Assembly (NCBI GenBank): GCA_030704615.1
Contig: CM060732.1
Coordinates: 8,060,001 to 8,124,000, forward strand
Direction of reading: 5' to 3'
DNA from: Takakia lepidozioides
Lineage: Eukaryota > Plantae > Bryophyta
DNA length: 64,000 bases
The position numbers were made by a program, and so were the translations under genes. Below the pieces are notes generated by a model. It made no database searches. It saw nothing but the letters and a program-made list of their open reading frames with translations, and had not been told where the DNA came from. Below, piece after piece: positions 36,501-48,225 of the stretch. The stretch's first letter is position 1, and every line of letters starts with the position of its first letter.

Positions 36501-39340
36501 TTATCAATTCTAAGCAGGGACCTATAATTACACCCTTAGATCCTAACCAGGTGAATTCCTATACTCGCTTAAGAATGACTCAGAAAAGAAATGAATGGTC
36601 GTCAACGACATTCAATCTGGATCTATGATTGCAATCCTTATGAAGCCACATTTTTTCCCAAAAAGCATGAGTTTCAAGTATGACATTGCACCTGTACACA
36701 ACTCGCATCATGGCCCACTCTCCACCAACCTGACGGTCAAAGTCGTTGGACCGTAAAATGGTTACCATCTTTGGAGACTCCCGGAAAAAAACAGTATCTC
36801 CAGGTGAGACTCTCCACTTCCTTATGTATGCCCCAAATCCGGTTAAGACATTTGGGGAGGGAAACATCGAAATGTTCAGGTCTTCAAAGTCGATCCAGCA
36901 CAATGACGGCGCGCTTTTCGAGCTGCAAATTGGATATTTGTCAGAATTGCAAATAAAAATCCATCACATACTTGAAGAAAAGAAAACGGCATTTGAATAC
37001 ACACCTGACTCCAAAATGTAGCCTTGTGGAGCCAGTTATCAACACCAAATCACTGATTCCTTTCACCTTTGTGCCAGCTGTATGGTGTCTCTTTGGGAAC
37101 TGAATTCAAGTCCTTTATTGTTTGATCTGAGTTCCATATCTCCAGCCACCTTATTTTTTGTTTGTGGGTCGACCTCGATATGGCCAGCCGGTGCAATTTC
37201 TCCTGCTGCATCTCCGGATGCACATGCTTGTCATAGTGTGTTTTGATCGCTGGAGGAACCTCAGGACCAAGTCCAGGATCTACTATTCTAGCTGCTTTCC
37301 GAAGGCTGACATCAATTTGGTTCTTCGCATTTCAAACCCTTCTTTTATATTGCAGCTTCCACACCCTTTGATGTCCTTAGTTCCTCTGGTGTAGTGCGGG
37401 ATATTCGGATTTTCCCTTCTCATCTGCCTCTGCCAGTTCTTGCTCCATTGATTTCAGTAGTGATTAGCTCCGAAGGGACTACAAACATGTATTCGAAAGT
37501 AAACAGAGTACAGACTCGGGCTGCGCATACATGTACTCCAGAAACGCCTCTCGTTCAAAGAATACCAAGTGCCTGCGCTCTTCCTGTTTCGCACTTCTTG
37601 ATGATATTGGTTGGGTAGTACTGTCCGAAAATCATCCAGCTTCATCAGACCAATCCTCTGAATTTGGAATAGTGTGTGGACCAAGCTTGTTGTCACATGC
37701 GATTTCTCTGTCGATCTGCAAAAATTGGAAACATTGCATTCCTTAACACTGTTTTTTGAGGATTCATAAGACACTACAGAGGGAATGAATTCTCCTGGAT
37801 GACTTACTTGTCACGCCGTGCATAGCTGTAAGAAGCCTAGCGATGTCGTTTCCAGGATCCAAAACCATTGCCTCCACAGCAACATGCTGTCTTTGTCTTT
37901 CGCATGGTGTTTCTGATGTATCCCATCCATGCCAGCAATCGGTGGTTGCCGTCCCAGACGTAGAACATGTGGTGTAGAATTGCTGGGTGTTCTTTCCCAT
38001 CATGAGGCCCGCCTCGAACTCCTCATTGGCATCTTTCCAGCACTCATCCCAGTTATCACTGATCTCTGGAGACACTAATGTGCTTTTCCCATTTATATCC
38101 GTCAGGACACATAAAAAACTTGTGCACCAAGTCTATATCCATGCACAAAATCACTCTCCAATTTTGTTATGTCATGGGAAAGAGGTGGACCCAACAGGCA
38201 TTGATATCATCCGGCACAGAGGGTTCCAGACGCCCTCCAGATATGAGCATGTCCCTTATAACCTCCTGAGAGTTTACCTTCTTGAATGACATGAGTTCTT
38301 TCACCTGGTCAAGGTAGTGCACTTCAGATTCATCTGCTTCATCTGGATTCTCTGAGCTTTTTCCGGACTCGTCCCCATCTCCAGATCCTTTCCCCTCTGA
38401 TCCTGTAGGCTTCGACCTCACAGTTTTCTGCACGATGCCATTCAGTTCTGACTGAGTAATTTGCAAATAGTGAACGGCCGTAACGACCATCACTCTGTCT
38501 CAAGAAACTCACTATGAATGGTGTGAACAATTCAGCACAATCTACACAAACAAAGTTGATCCTGCCGTATTCAAAACAAAAGCGAGAGCGATAGCGAACG
38601 GCTGTTAACGACAATCACAAAGATAGGACCTGCCAGATCGGTGTTTGTGTATGACATCTATGTGTAAGTGATTGCGGCAACGACATTCAGTATAGTTTAG
38701 GCGGACAGTAATGCAGTTTTTTTTGTATCTATTCAAATTGCTCATTGTTATTACCTGTCGCCAGCATGGGAAGAGAAGGACTGCTTGAAAGGCAATCAGA
38801 CAGACTGTATGATCGAACAACCGATGATTGATGGTACGTCAGTCACCCACTCTTGTGCGGTAAACCCTTAGCAGAGGAGTAGAAAGCAAATAACCGTTGT
38901 GATGGTCGGTAACGACAATCCCTGTCTGGGACATTCCACTCAATCTCTTCAACAATGAAATGTAAGTTAGAGAAAACTACTGGCGCCTTCTTAGGTTTTT
39001 GAAATTGGATCCCCTTCTACAGCTTTCCTCTTCCCTCTCACATCTGCTGGAATTTCTGTCTGCTCTAGGGTTTCTGGACTCTCCAGGGGGGGTTCGCGTT
39101 CCTCGTGCTTCCACCTCCTTCATGTCCCTGCGAGTCATCTCTGCATCCACAGGCTGGCGCACTCTTATCGCTGACTGTGTCACAGCCGCTGCCTCAGTCT
39201 CCGTCTGCTCTTGTGAATCAGTCTCCGCGTTCACCTGCTGCTTGGCCCTGTGTTCTCCAACAAACGACGCCTCGTCATTTGCTCTCTTGCTCTGCGTCTC
39301 TCTCTTGGAAGTAAAATAAAGAGACTTTCTTCTCTTCGTA
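33531..39340 (-). pseudogene. Multi-exon transposon accessory gene: ParB/Srx-like domain plus C-terminal beta-class N4C/N6A DNA methyltransferase-like domain (frameshifted)
   Basis: MFYVWDGNHRLLAW at 37968-37927. ADIVILDIPDG...PRWN...FLSDAGTLLFF (motif IV-VI region, 34978-34640). PWRGAKKKSPAFMQILLESCS...VVDLFVSTG/ATYHACKAGGRSLFGMEGD (motif X-I-II, about 34260-33990). Exon boundaries and ends are approximate. Confidence 0.7.
35884..36614. repeat. Intronic array of 22-24 bp palindromes in ~290-300 bp degenerate tandem units
   Basis: Copies at 35884, 35990 (GTGAATGTCGT-CA-ACGACATTCAC, perfect), 36172 (GTGATGGCGT-CA-ACGCCATCAC, perfect), 36273, 36473 and 36592. A related hairpin lies at 36364. 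Confidence 0.85.
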
Positions 39341-40121
39341 TTGTAGAAGGAACCTCTCCAGCTTGACTACCACTCTCTCTCTAGCGCGAAAAGTAGAAAA
39401 CGCAGTGACTCCCGATTTCTTGCGGGATTGCCTGCGTTGTTGCTTGTCTCTAGAAGCATCGGATTCCCTCTCGCGTGACCATTACACATAGTCGTTCCCT
39501 TATTAGTGCACATGCCACAATTGGTGTACAAGCTATTCGTACTCAGTTATGGATGTCTGACGTGTGTCGCCCAAAATAAACGGCGTGTTCTTATTAGAAC
39601 GGTTTCAATTTTAAAAATAACAGCGAATCCCAGAAATCTTGGCGCACAGTCTTACACAAATAAATGTAAAGGAACGAGAGTTTGATGACAATTTTGGAAT
39701 ATCATACACGGTCATCCTTGTTAGCCAAACCCCACATTCGTTTCACATTGGAACTTTCCAGGTGCGCATGATCATTGGTAGTAGTATAAAGATACATTTA
39801 CTTAATCTGTAATCCCATCCTCAGATCCTGTGGCATGCTTCAGGAAGTCGGCTTTTGTTTTGGGTTTTATTGATGAGGTTCTGATTAACGGTTTAACAGC
39901 TGCCGACACTGCTCCTAGGGATACTCTGACCACTGGGCCCACAAGAAAAGTAATTAAATGGCCGCTGCATATCTGGAAAGAATAACATAATATGCACAGT
40001 CGTTGTCTGAGCTTCCTCCGCCATATTCTCTTCTCATTCTTCAACTGTTTTCTGGAGACATTAGTAAACCGATTTACACTAGATCTGCGATAGCAAGGTA
40101 TAAACGTACGCGAGGAAGGAA

Positions 40122-43100
40122 GATGGCTTCCTCTGAAGCGGAGTTCTTCTCTGACGACAAACCAGTGCCGTTCTCCCAGGAAGTCCTTGACAATGGATTT
40201 GCAATTGTTCTGGAACATGTCCTTGGCTACCCGTTTTCAGCTGCAGAATGGCTCCATCTTTTTGGGAAAGAGGTGTACGATCTTAAAGGGAAGTTTTTGA
40301 AATATCCTTCCAAAACCGTGATGAGACGGCTCATATCAGCCAGTGGAGAGTGCGTCCTGGTCGATACGAGTACTTGGAGAGCCGGCGAAAGTCGCTTTGG
40401 GTCATATGTGACGCCCGGGACTGCTGCTATATTGGTCGTTGAAGACAAGGGAGGTGGTGGTGAAAAAAGAACAGACGTCCTCACTCCAATCGTTGAGCTT
40501 TTGGATTCTTCCGATGATGACATAAGTGAAATTCCAAATCCAGTCCTTCTACTGTGGTTGGAGAGCTGATGAAGAAGAGATTTGTGTGTCATTCCAAAAT
40601 TGCGGACGATGGGAGGAATGGCTGGATTCAAAAGTGAGTTGCGGGGAATTGATTGGGAATCTTTGAAGCAGATGCATGTGAAGTTTCTTGCCGGAGACTT
40701 TTGATTGGCGATATCCTATTCGAGCTGCCTCCTCCTCCGCGAGTTGGAGGTGTAACAATCATGATGCATGGAATGGACAAGAACACGACGGGCACCCGTG
40801 GTGCAGAACAAAACATCCAATATTCAGATGATGACAGCTTGTTTTCAGGAGGACAGTTTGCAATGGACACCTTAGGTGTGATCATTTGAATTGCAGACAC
40901 TTTCTTCAGTCTTGGTTCATAATCAAAGCGAATGGGAGGGTCTGGCGGAAAATCCATTTCAGCCTGGACTGCCCCCCCACCGGCAACACTTTCGTCTGCA
41001 AATTCTGCAAACTTGTGCCATCCTGCTTGGCGCTCTGCGGAGCAAGAATGTACTATGTTGTCCACCGTTTGAAAAACATGACAAGAGCTTGTGTGCATTT
41101 CGGATTCCATACCATCCTGTCTCGAAGGTGGATTACAGGGAGAGTGTTGAGACAGTATCGAGGTTGATTAAACAGGAGTTCGGGAAAAACCCATCCGCAA
41201 CAACATCTGCAATTGCTCTTGGCGCAAACAAGTCCTTCTTGGAAGCCATATTTTGAGTGAAGGGATTATGTGGGGACTAAACTTGACGGTTGCAGCATTG
41301 GACCTGGTCATGGATCATTTCTTCACTTTAAGTTCACCTAACATTCGGCATCAATCAATGCATTGAGAATGGGCTCTGGGATCAGAGGCTACATAGACAA
41401 AACATTTTGGGAATTGAACGAGTGAGCAAGTACGATTACATCATCCAGGACAATGTTTCCCAGGTCAAGGTGCCATCAAAGTTTTTTTTTTCAAAATGTC
41501 GACTGTTGGGGAGGGCAGTGGGGTTAGCCTCGTGAAGCGGATGCAAAAGACTGGGGACTTGCAGAACTGTTTTCTTATGTTTGATCATATGAACGAGTGA
41601 AGGATTGGACAACAATGGCTTGTCATGTCTACGATCCAGTGTACCAACGAGTTTATGACAATTGCAGTTTGTGACATGCAATCCGAGGATACGGAATCCC
41701 AGAAGCTCATGTGGAATTCCCTGATACGTGTCATGGGCTGCCATCTCCAAATTTTGCAGGTTTCATGGCGGATAGTGCTCAAGCAAATTTCATGCTGTTC
41801 GTATTGTCTTCGGATCGGGCGACCCAACAGTGCCTATGCCAGGAAGAAACGTACATGTCTATTCCATTGGACACAATCTCTGGAAAACATACAAGTCGGA
41901 CATCAAACCAGAGATGCAGACTCAGCACAAGTAAATTGTGCAAAGAGTACAAAGATGCTAGAACAATGAAGGAGGCGGACCTTTGTTTCCAGACAATTCT
42001 GCCTGGTAGTTCTCTTCTGGCGCTGCATCACTTGAGAGTATGAGAGCATTGGAAGATTGGCTGGCGTTTTGGCACTTCCGGTATAGACAGTGGGGAGCAG
42101 CCATGCCATTGTTACGAGGCTTATATTTATTGCTTTATTCATACATTTGCTTTCCTTTTATTGTGTCCTCGCTTTCTTTATGTTGTTTTCTGTTCACTGT
42201 TTTGAAGTGTGGTTCTGCACTTTGCAAAACATGTCCATTGAGGAAATGGCGGACATGCCATCTTGCAATTTGGCAGAAACTGTGCACAACGCATGGTTGC
42301 AGCAGTCTGGGAAACGAGGTCGGGATTTGTATGTGGCAACAACAGATGATTTGATACGTGCCTTGCAACAACAAACCCGATACCGTGATTTCTTACGAGG
42401 TGGGGTTGGTGGCAAGGGTCCGGACAAATGGGAGTTGATGTTGCGTGCTGCAAACAGATCTGGGGATCCAATCAAGATAGCACGGGCGGTGAGCATGTAT
42501 GCCCAGGGAACGCCAGTTGTTTCTAGAGTTCCACATCTTGAAGGGGAGGAGAGATTTGGCTCCTGTAAGAGGAAATTGAACACTCCACCTGGTTCGGATT
42601 CAGATTCCCACTGGGCAGGCCGTGATAACTTCTCGAAGCCTCGTGTTCCCCTGCATGACAGCTCCATGTCCGGAACCTCCATTGTGGAGGAACCTCCAAC
42701 ACGACGGCAAGCTCCAGCATCAAACAGTGCCACTGAAATGGTGCAGGAGAGAAACAACCCCCTTGATGTGCTTGAGTCCGCATGCCCCGACCACGTTTGG
42801 CACATAGAACGCACAAGTGTAGGGTCTCGTGTGAAATGTACAGCGATCAGGGCAACTAATTTTGAGAAGTGCACTTCATCTATATCCAGAGGTGGTGCCC
42901 GAACTCCTGCTCCGACTTTCACGGGCTTGATGCGTCCATACGGTCAACCAGAAGCCAAGAACCACAGGTTCTGATTCTGCGCAGATGATTGTGCCAGATG
43001 TGTGCATGGAACTGTGCGTCCTTCCGTAGTGATGAAGCCATCTCTTCTAACCGTTTGGCCCGTGAAGGTGGGAACATATCTCAGCTTTCAGGAGATTGAA

Positions 43101-43615
43101 ATGCTGGAGGAGGCAGGTTTTTCCCTTGCGAGACAACCCCAACTCCATGCATGTGCTACTACTTCTGCGTCCTCCCGGGTCCCCCCGGCAAATCCTGACT
43201 TGTGGCCAACCGAACGAGATGGAAAGCTCGTTCGGCGTTTCCCTCCAACCGCTGAACACTTTGGCAAAGTGGAGTCCGCAAGAATGCTCCAAGCTCGTGT
43301 TGGAAGCACCACGGAAGTACCCGATCTAGGATATGGTCGGGTATTCACAATCGTCACTTCCACATCTGCTGTTCATGACAGGACCTACGACATCACGGTT
43401 TCCAATTTCCCCAATTGCACGTCCTGATTTTGTGAATATGCTATCAACCAGTTTGGGCAAGAGAGGTAAATTCATACCCTGCAAACATTTGTATTTCATA
43501 TTTTGAAGAGGATGGTTTGCGATCCCAAACGTGACAACTTCATTCACCAGGCCACTATGAGTTTCAACGAGGTCAATACTCTATTGCAATGTGGTATGTG
43601 GACGACCATGATTTG
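40122..43615 (+). pseudogene. MULE-type DDE transposase with WRKY/GCM1-like Zn domain and C-terminal SWIM finger (many frameshifts)
   Basis: CKFCKLVPSCLALCGARMYY...TRACVHFGFH; MFDH (D1, about 41580); FMADSAQANF (D2, about 41765); CLFHW (CxxH, about 41856); CNLAETVHNAW (E, about 42270); SWIM-like ITVSNFPNCT..DF...CKHLYF (about 43390-43500). Confidence 0.8.
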
Positions 43616-44212
43616 AATGTGTAATTCACATCAATTCGTCGGCGGTGCAATGATATGGCCTACAACTATACGGAGTGAACTCTGAGTGACAACTTTTAGG
43701 TAGTGCACATTTGTCATTGCACCGTTCAAAGTCTACATGTCTTGCTGTCGCTATGCACTACAATCAACTTTTGAAGATGATCATAACTCTCATTGTTATT
43801 TGAGGAGGGAGGAAGGTCTTCCCGTGGCAGCCTTTATGGCGCACACTTTGTGAGGATATTTTTTCGTCCTCGTAATTGTAAAAGTGAAACAAGCATTTGT
43901 AATTGCACAATGTTGGATGCTGCAATTGTAGGCCTCAACGCTCGTCTTGATTCTATTTAGGCAAGATTCCCTGTATTAATTCCACGGTCATAGGACCATC
44001 CTCGGTTATAGGCGGCACATGTTAATGCTAACGTGGCAGATGACGGACAGTGCCACGTCATCATTTACCGCCACATCAGCATGCTGACATGATGCTCACG
44101 CCACGTCAGCGTGTGTGCAGGCTCATGCCACGTCAGCTGGCGTGAGCGTACGCTCACGCCACGTCACTCCTGCATGAGCGTACGCTCGCGCGCTCACGCC
44201 ATTGCGTCGTTG

Positions 44213-44850
44213 CTAATGAAGGTATCTTCTTCAATGTATTTCACCCTGTTTTCCCCTGCTATCAGAGTCGTCCCTAAATTTTCATGTTGAATTCTGCAAG
44301 TTAGCTCGTTGGTGGATCTATGGTGGTTTTGGAGTGATTTTGATATGTTACTGCCAATGTGGTCGACAGGAAAGTATCGAAAAATAGATAACATAGACTC
44401 GAGGAGAAGCTCTGGAATGAATACGTTTCCGCCCTCAGTCAATGGTGGAACAATCGAGGCAAAAGGTGAATGTCTTTTGGAAGCAGACGCAAGTCAGCAT
44501 AGGAACTAGTGTGATAAGTAGGGTTGGGGTGTTTGCTCAAGCAATTCTAAGCTATCATTCTCAGCTGCTAGCAGCAAGGCGAGGATGTATGCATGATTTG
44601 TGCAGGGGCATGGATAGCTGAAAGAGCAGGGATAGAGTGTGGGTCCAGATTCATCCAAGAGGGCCGGATTTCAAGCTCCAGATTATCTATGATTCCCTAT
44701 GGAAGGATAGGTACAAGAAACCTGCATGGGTCGATGGTCAACTGGAAGCCACAGCAACAGCGGCACAATTGATCAAATCAGGCACTGTTAATCAAGGCAC
44801 CTTCTTCAATACATTTCACCCTGTTTTTCTCTCTTATCAGAATCGGCCGT
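44213..44850 (+). repeat. ~550-bp repeat unit shared by both large CACTA elements
   Basis: Homologous to 51055-51610 and 51610-52140, with partial copies at 30570-30690 and 32750-32840 (e.g. gaatgaatacttt..ccccagtcaatggtgggacaa.cgag). Confidence 0.85.
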
Positions 44851-45796
44851 ATCAAGAAGTATTGCACTGTTTAACAGGGTCCTTGATTCTAGTAGCACCA
44901 GAACAAACTAGTAATACAACCCATGTGTGTGGGCTTGCTTATTTTTTGCTTATTGGGCCTTTTCAGGCATGGATTTTTGGACCTTGTGGCCTTTGAGGTG
45001 TCCATTGGGACAGTGGTCTCATTTGGATTTTTGTAATATAATTTACAGGACGTGTATTCCCTTGTACTTGTCTATTTTGACTGTCCTTGTGGTTGTTAGT
45101 ATGCAAGAGGGTCCATTCTGTTTTTATATCGGAATTTCACCATGTAAAGAAGAATTTAAATCATTTAATATATTTTCGTTTTATATAACATTATTAAATT
45201 AAACAATAATACCATTTAATAAAAATTTCCAAACTGTTATCCCCCTGTTTTTAAAAATAAAATATAAATTTAAGAATTTAAAATTATAAATATAAACTAT
45301 TAAGTTATTTTCAAATAACATTCTTGATGACACGTGGCATAAACCCTTGCTCGAACTAGAATATGTGGCATTATATGACACGACATTCTTTTATCCATAT
45401 TTTCACCATGTATAAAGATAAGTAGTCATATATGTTAGTCATATATTTTGTTTAAGTGCCACATGTCACATCTGGAGTGCAACATGTGTCGTGACGTGTC
45501 GCTTGCACAGTGGTGCATGTGTTCATCTAAAGCCTCTTCATGTAGGCAACGCTCAGCAGACAATGTAGTCATATAGTTAGTCATATGTAAGTCATAGAGT
45601 TGTGACTACATCGCTCTCTTATGCATGACTCTAGGTGCCACGTACGCAGTCACGGCTATGACTTGCAAAACGCAGTCCTAAAGACTAGTCGCTATGACAG
45701 GGCTTTTTTCACTACAAAGTGATGTAGTCATGAATGCATATAGAACTGAAAAAATAGTCATATGTGCAGTCATAAAAACGCTCATCTGTTGTAGTG

Positions 45797-46498
45797 AAAC
45801 TCTTGCAAGCTCCACAACTTCTCTGTCCTCACCCCTTGGTAGTTCCCTCTCAACTCTTCGAAGAACTCCACAACAGGGTTGAAGGTAGGCACGGGTATTG
45901 GTGCTGGTGCGGTAGTGGCTTGGGTGGACGTCGTAGCTACGGTACCACCAGTCCTACTAGTCCCATTGTTGCTTGCTGAAGCTGTCGGTGCAACAGCAGG
46001 TGTAGTCACTGCCCTCGTGACTCTAGTGCCCCTAGTGATGGAGACATAGTCGGGTGACCAGTACATCCTCCACTCCTCGATCTCAACCTCATGCCCTCGC
46101 CTGAACTAATGGTAATCATCCATAGGCGGCCCCTCGAGGTGCTGAAACAGCCCCTTCCATACCATGAAAGGCGTAAATAGTTGTGGATTGCGCATTTGCT
46201 GCAAATCACACCAACTATCAAACTCTTGGATAAAATCATCCAACTCGATGGTGCCCACCGCCCGAGAGTACCTTCGTGGCCCCTTGGTAGCTCCATACAT
46301 CTCCTCCATTGTGTCCCACAACAATCGCAAGGAAACAACTTGCACCGCCGGTGTGAGTCCTCCTGATTCACAATCCGAATCAGAACCTTCCGTAGAAAAC
46401 ACAGGAGGTGAAGGTGGCCTAAACCGCACACCTCGTCTCGTGTATCTACTAGTATCGCTAGTGCTCGAACCGGCACCGTCCCCAGCAACTAGTGGCAC
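45797..46498 (-). pseudogene. Gag N-terminal part of the Gypsy element
   Basis: IELDDFIQEFDSWCDLQQMRN...LFQHLEGPPMDDYH*F...FNPVVEFFEELRGNYQGVRTEKLWSLQE, which continues at 29693 after CACTA removal. Confidence 0.8.
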
Positions 46499-47419
46499 CT
46501 CCGTGTAGACAAACTGTCACTCAACCGGTCATGAACATGTCCCTAACCCCCTCTCCACAAGCACTAGAAGCATTCGTGTCTTTTCCGAATCAACTGCATG
46601 TCCAAAACCACTGAGGGAACAACTTTGAGATGTCTGTTACTACTGCACAGTCATAACGGATAAATTCGCATTTCTAATGGCGGATAGAAGTTGCATCAAT
46701 GACTCCGCAGTCGGCGCAATATTCGCGACGATTTAATTCAATTACATAAATTGTTTTAAAAAAAAAAACAGCAATTACAAGTGGTTTTAAGCACTAGAGA
46801 ACGACTCTTAACAACTAGGCATTCATTGCACACCCTATTCAAAAATGGAATTTTTATAAGTGCTCCACATGGCTCACGACGTGGAATATTTTAATGTATT
46901 CTAGGGCTTGTGTGGCTCGTAGAGATTGTTCTAATCGTCGGATGTAAAATGATCTAAGGGTGGAAGAGTAACTTTGTCCTTTGTCTGAATTTGTCTAAGT
47001 GTTGGGAGAGGGATGGAGGCTTGAGAGAGAGACGAGCAAGTGATGCGAGAAGGACGAAGACCAAATCGAGGCCCATGTCTTGTTGTTGCAATCGTTTATG
47101 GCGTCAAGAACGCATTATGTGCAAATGTGGGCTCTTGGCTCCCCTTTGTACCATGATTTGGTATTCTTCCTGATGATCACAAGGTTCTTGGGGGAATCAG
47201 CTTGGTCTTAGCAGCCCATATTTTAATCTCTGCCCGCTCAGCTGCACCGTGTGGTTCTTACGAACCAATCCCACATTACCTGATTATAGATACAAGCAGC
47301 ACGCACAGAGGTCTTCTTGGGTTCATGGTCAGTCTAATCCGCATGGGTCATGACACAAGGTAGTGGACAATGTGGTGAGGCCACCTTCTTCTTCGAGCTA
47401 TTTCAGCCTGTTTTGCCGA

Positions 47420-48225
47420 GATGTAGTGTCGTGGAGTGCAATGCTTGCAGGGTATGCACAGTAGGGACGTGGGATGGAGGCTTTGGAGACCTATGAAGTT
47501 GCGAAGGGAGAGTTTGATAACATGGCTGAACGAGATGTTGTGGAACACGCTGAATCTCGCAAGATATGGCCAACATGTGTGCGGGATGAGGGCATTGGAT
47601 ACATATGAGCAAATGTTGCGAGAAGGGGTGCAGCTTGACCGGGTCACGTTCATTTGTGTTTGCAATGCATGTGCAAACCTGGCAGCCCTGGAGACTTGGT
47701 AAAGGGCAAAGAGGTCCATCGTGACATCGTCAAAGCTGGAACTGTACCAGATGTAACAATACCTTGTCGACATGTATGCCAAACATGGGAGCATTCCCTT
47801 GTGGACAAGGAGTGTTCAACAATATGGCTGAGTGAAATGTGGTGTGGTGGAATGTCATGATCGCAGGACATGCACAACATGGGCGGAGATTGCGGGTTTT
47901 GGAGACCTATGAGCAAATGATGTGGGTCTAGGGGGTGAAGCCCGAGCACATTACGTTTGTTTGTGTTTGTAGTGCATGTGCGAGCCTGTTGGAGAAGGGC
48001 AAAGAGGTCCATGGTTGCATCATCAAAGCTGGAATTGTGGTAGATATCATTCTGAACATGAATACCCTTCTAGATAGGGAGTGTTCAACAATATGGCTGA
48101 GCGAAATGTGGTGTCGTGGAAAGTGATGATCGCAGGACATGCACAACAGGGGCGGGGATTGCAGGTTTTGGAGACCTATGAGCAGTTGATGTGGGAGGGG
48201 GTGAAGTCTGACCACATTACGTTCA
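47420..48225 (+). pseudogene. Degenerate PLS-class PPR repeats (another fragment at ~50885-51035)
   Basis: ALDTYEQMLREGVQLDRVTFICVCNACANLAAL; GKEVHGCIIKAG; FNNMAERNVVSWKVMIAGHAQQGRG...EGVKSDHITF, with frameshifts. Confidence 0.85.

Larger units (their letters stand above)
32841..44212. mobile_element. Mutator-like (MULE) DNA transposon, ~11.4 kb, with two divergent genes
   Basis: 10-bp TSD CTAATGAAGG (32831-32840, 44213-44222). Imperfect TIRs CAGGGATGCCTCGGCGTGAGC versus reverse-complement CAACGACGCAATGGCGTGAGC. The flanks rejoin into the ~550-bp repeat seen uninterrupted at about 51560-51660. Subterminal GCTCACGCCACGTCA motifs are present. Confidence 0.85.
29694..45796. mobile_element. Large non-autonomous CACTA element (16.1 kb including a nested MULE) inserted in gag
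   Basis: TIRs CACTACAAGAGATGAGC / GCTCATCTGTTGTAGTG, flanks GAA/AAA (3-bp TSD with one mismatch). Removal rejoins gag as LWSLQE-F-QRKPTESL. Subterminal atgactac/gtagtcat repeats occur at both ends. Confidence 0.9.
23045..46560 (-). mobile_element. Decayed Ty3/Gypsy LTR retrotransposon: gag - Zn knuckles - protease - C5 DNA methyltransferase - RT - RNase H - integrase - PHD, interrupted by CACTA insertions
   Basis: Gag is split between 46498-45797 and 29693-~28960. Knuckles CWTCGGPHVKKDC and CGHCDKYGHGEAQC, protease LLDSGAQ, RT PFGLKNAP..YIDD, RNase H TDWS...TDHQPLKW, and integrase HFG..C..C/DDE follow in Gypsy order (RT-RH-INT). Confidence 0.9.

Noticed and set aside
35884-36614. CRISPR-like array
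   Set aside because: The spacers are 80-180 bp and themselves homologous (tandem units), the context is a eukaryotic intron, and there are no cas genes.
42194-42922. 242-aa minus-strand ORF
   Set aside because: It is the antisense shadow of the MULE transposase exon.
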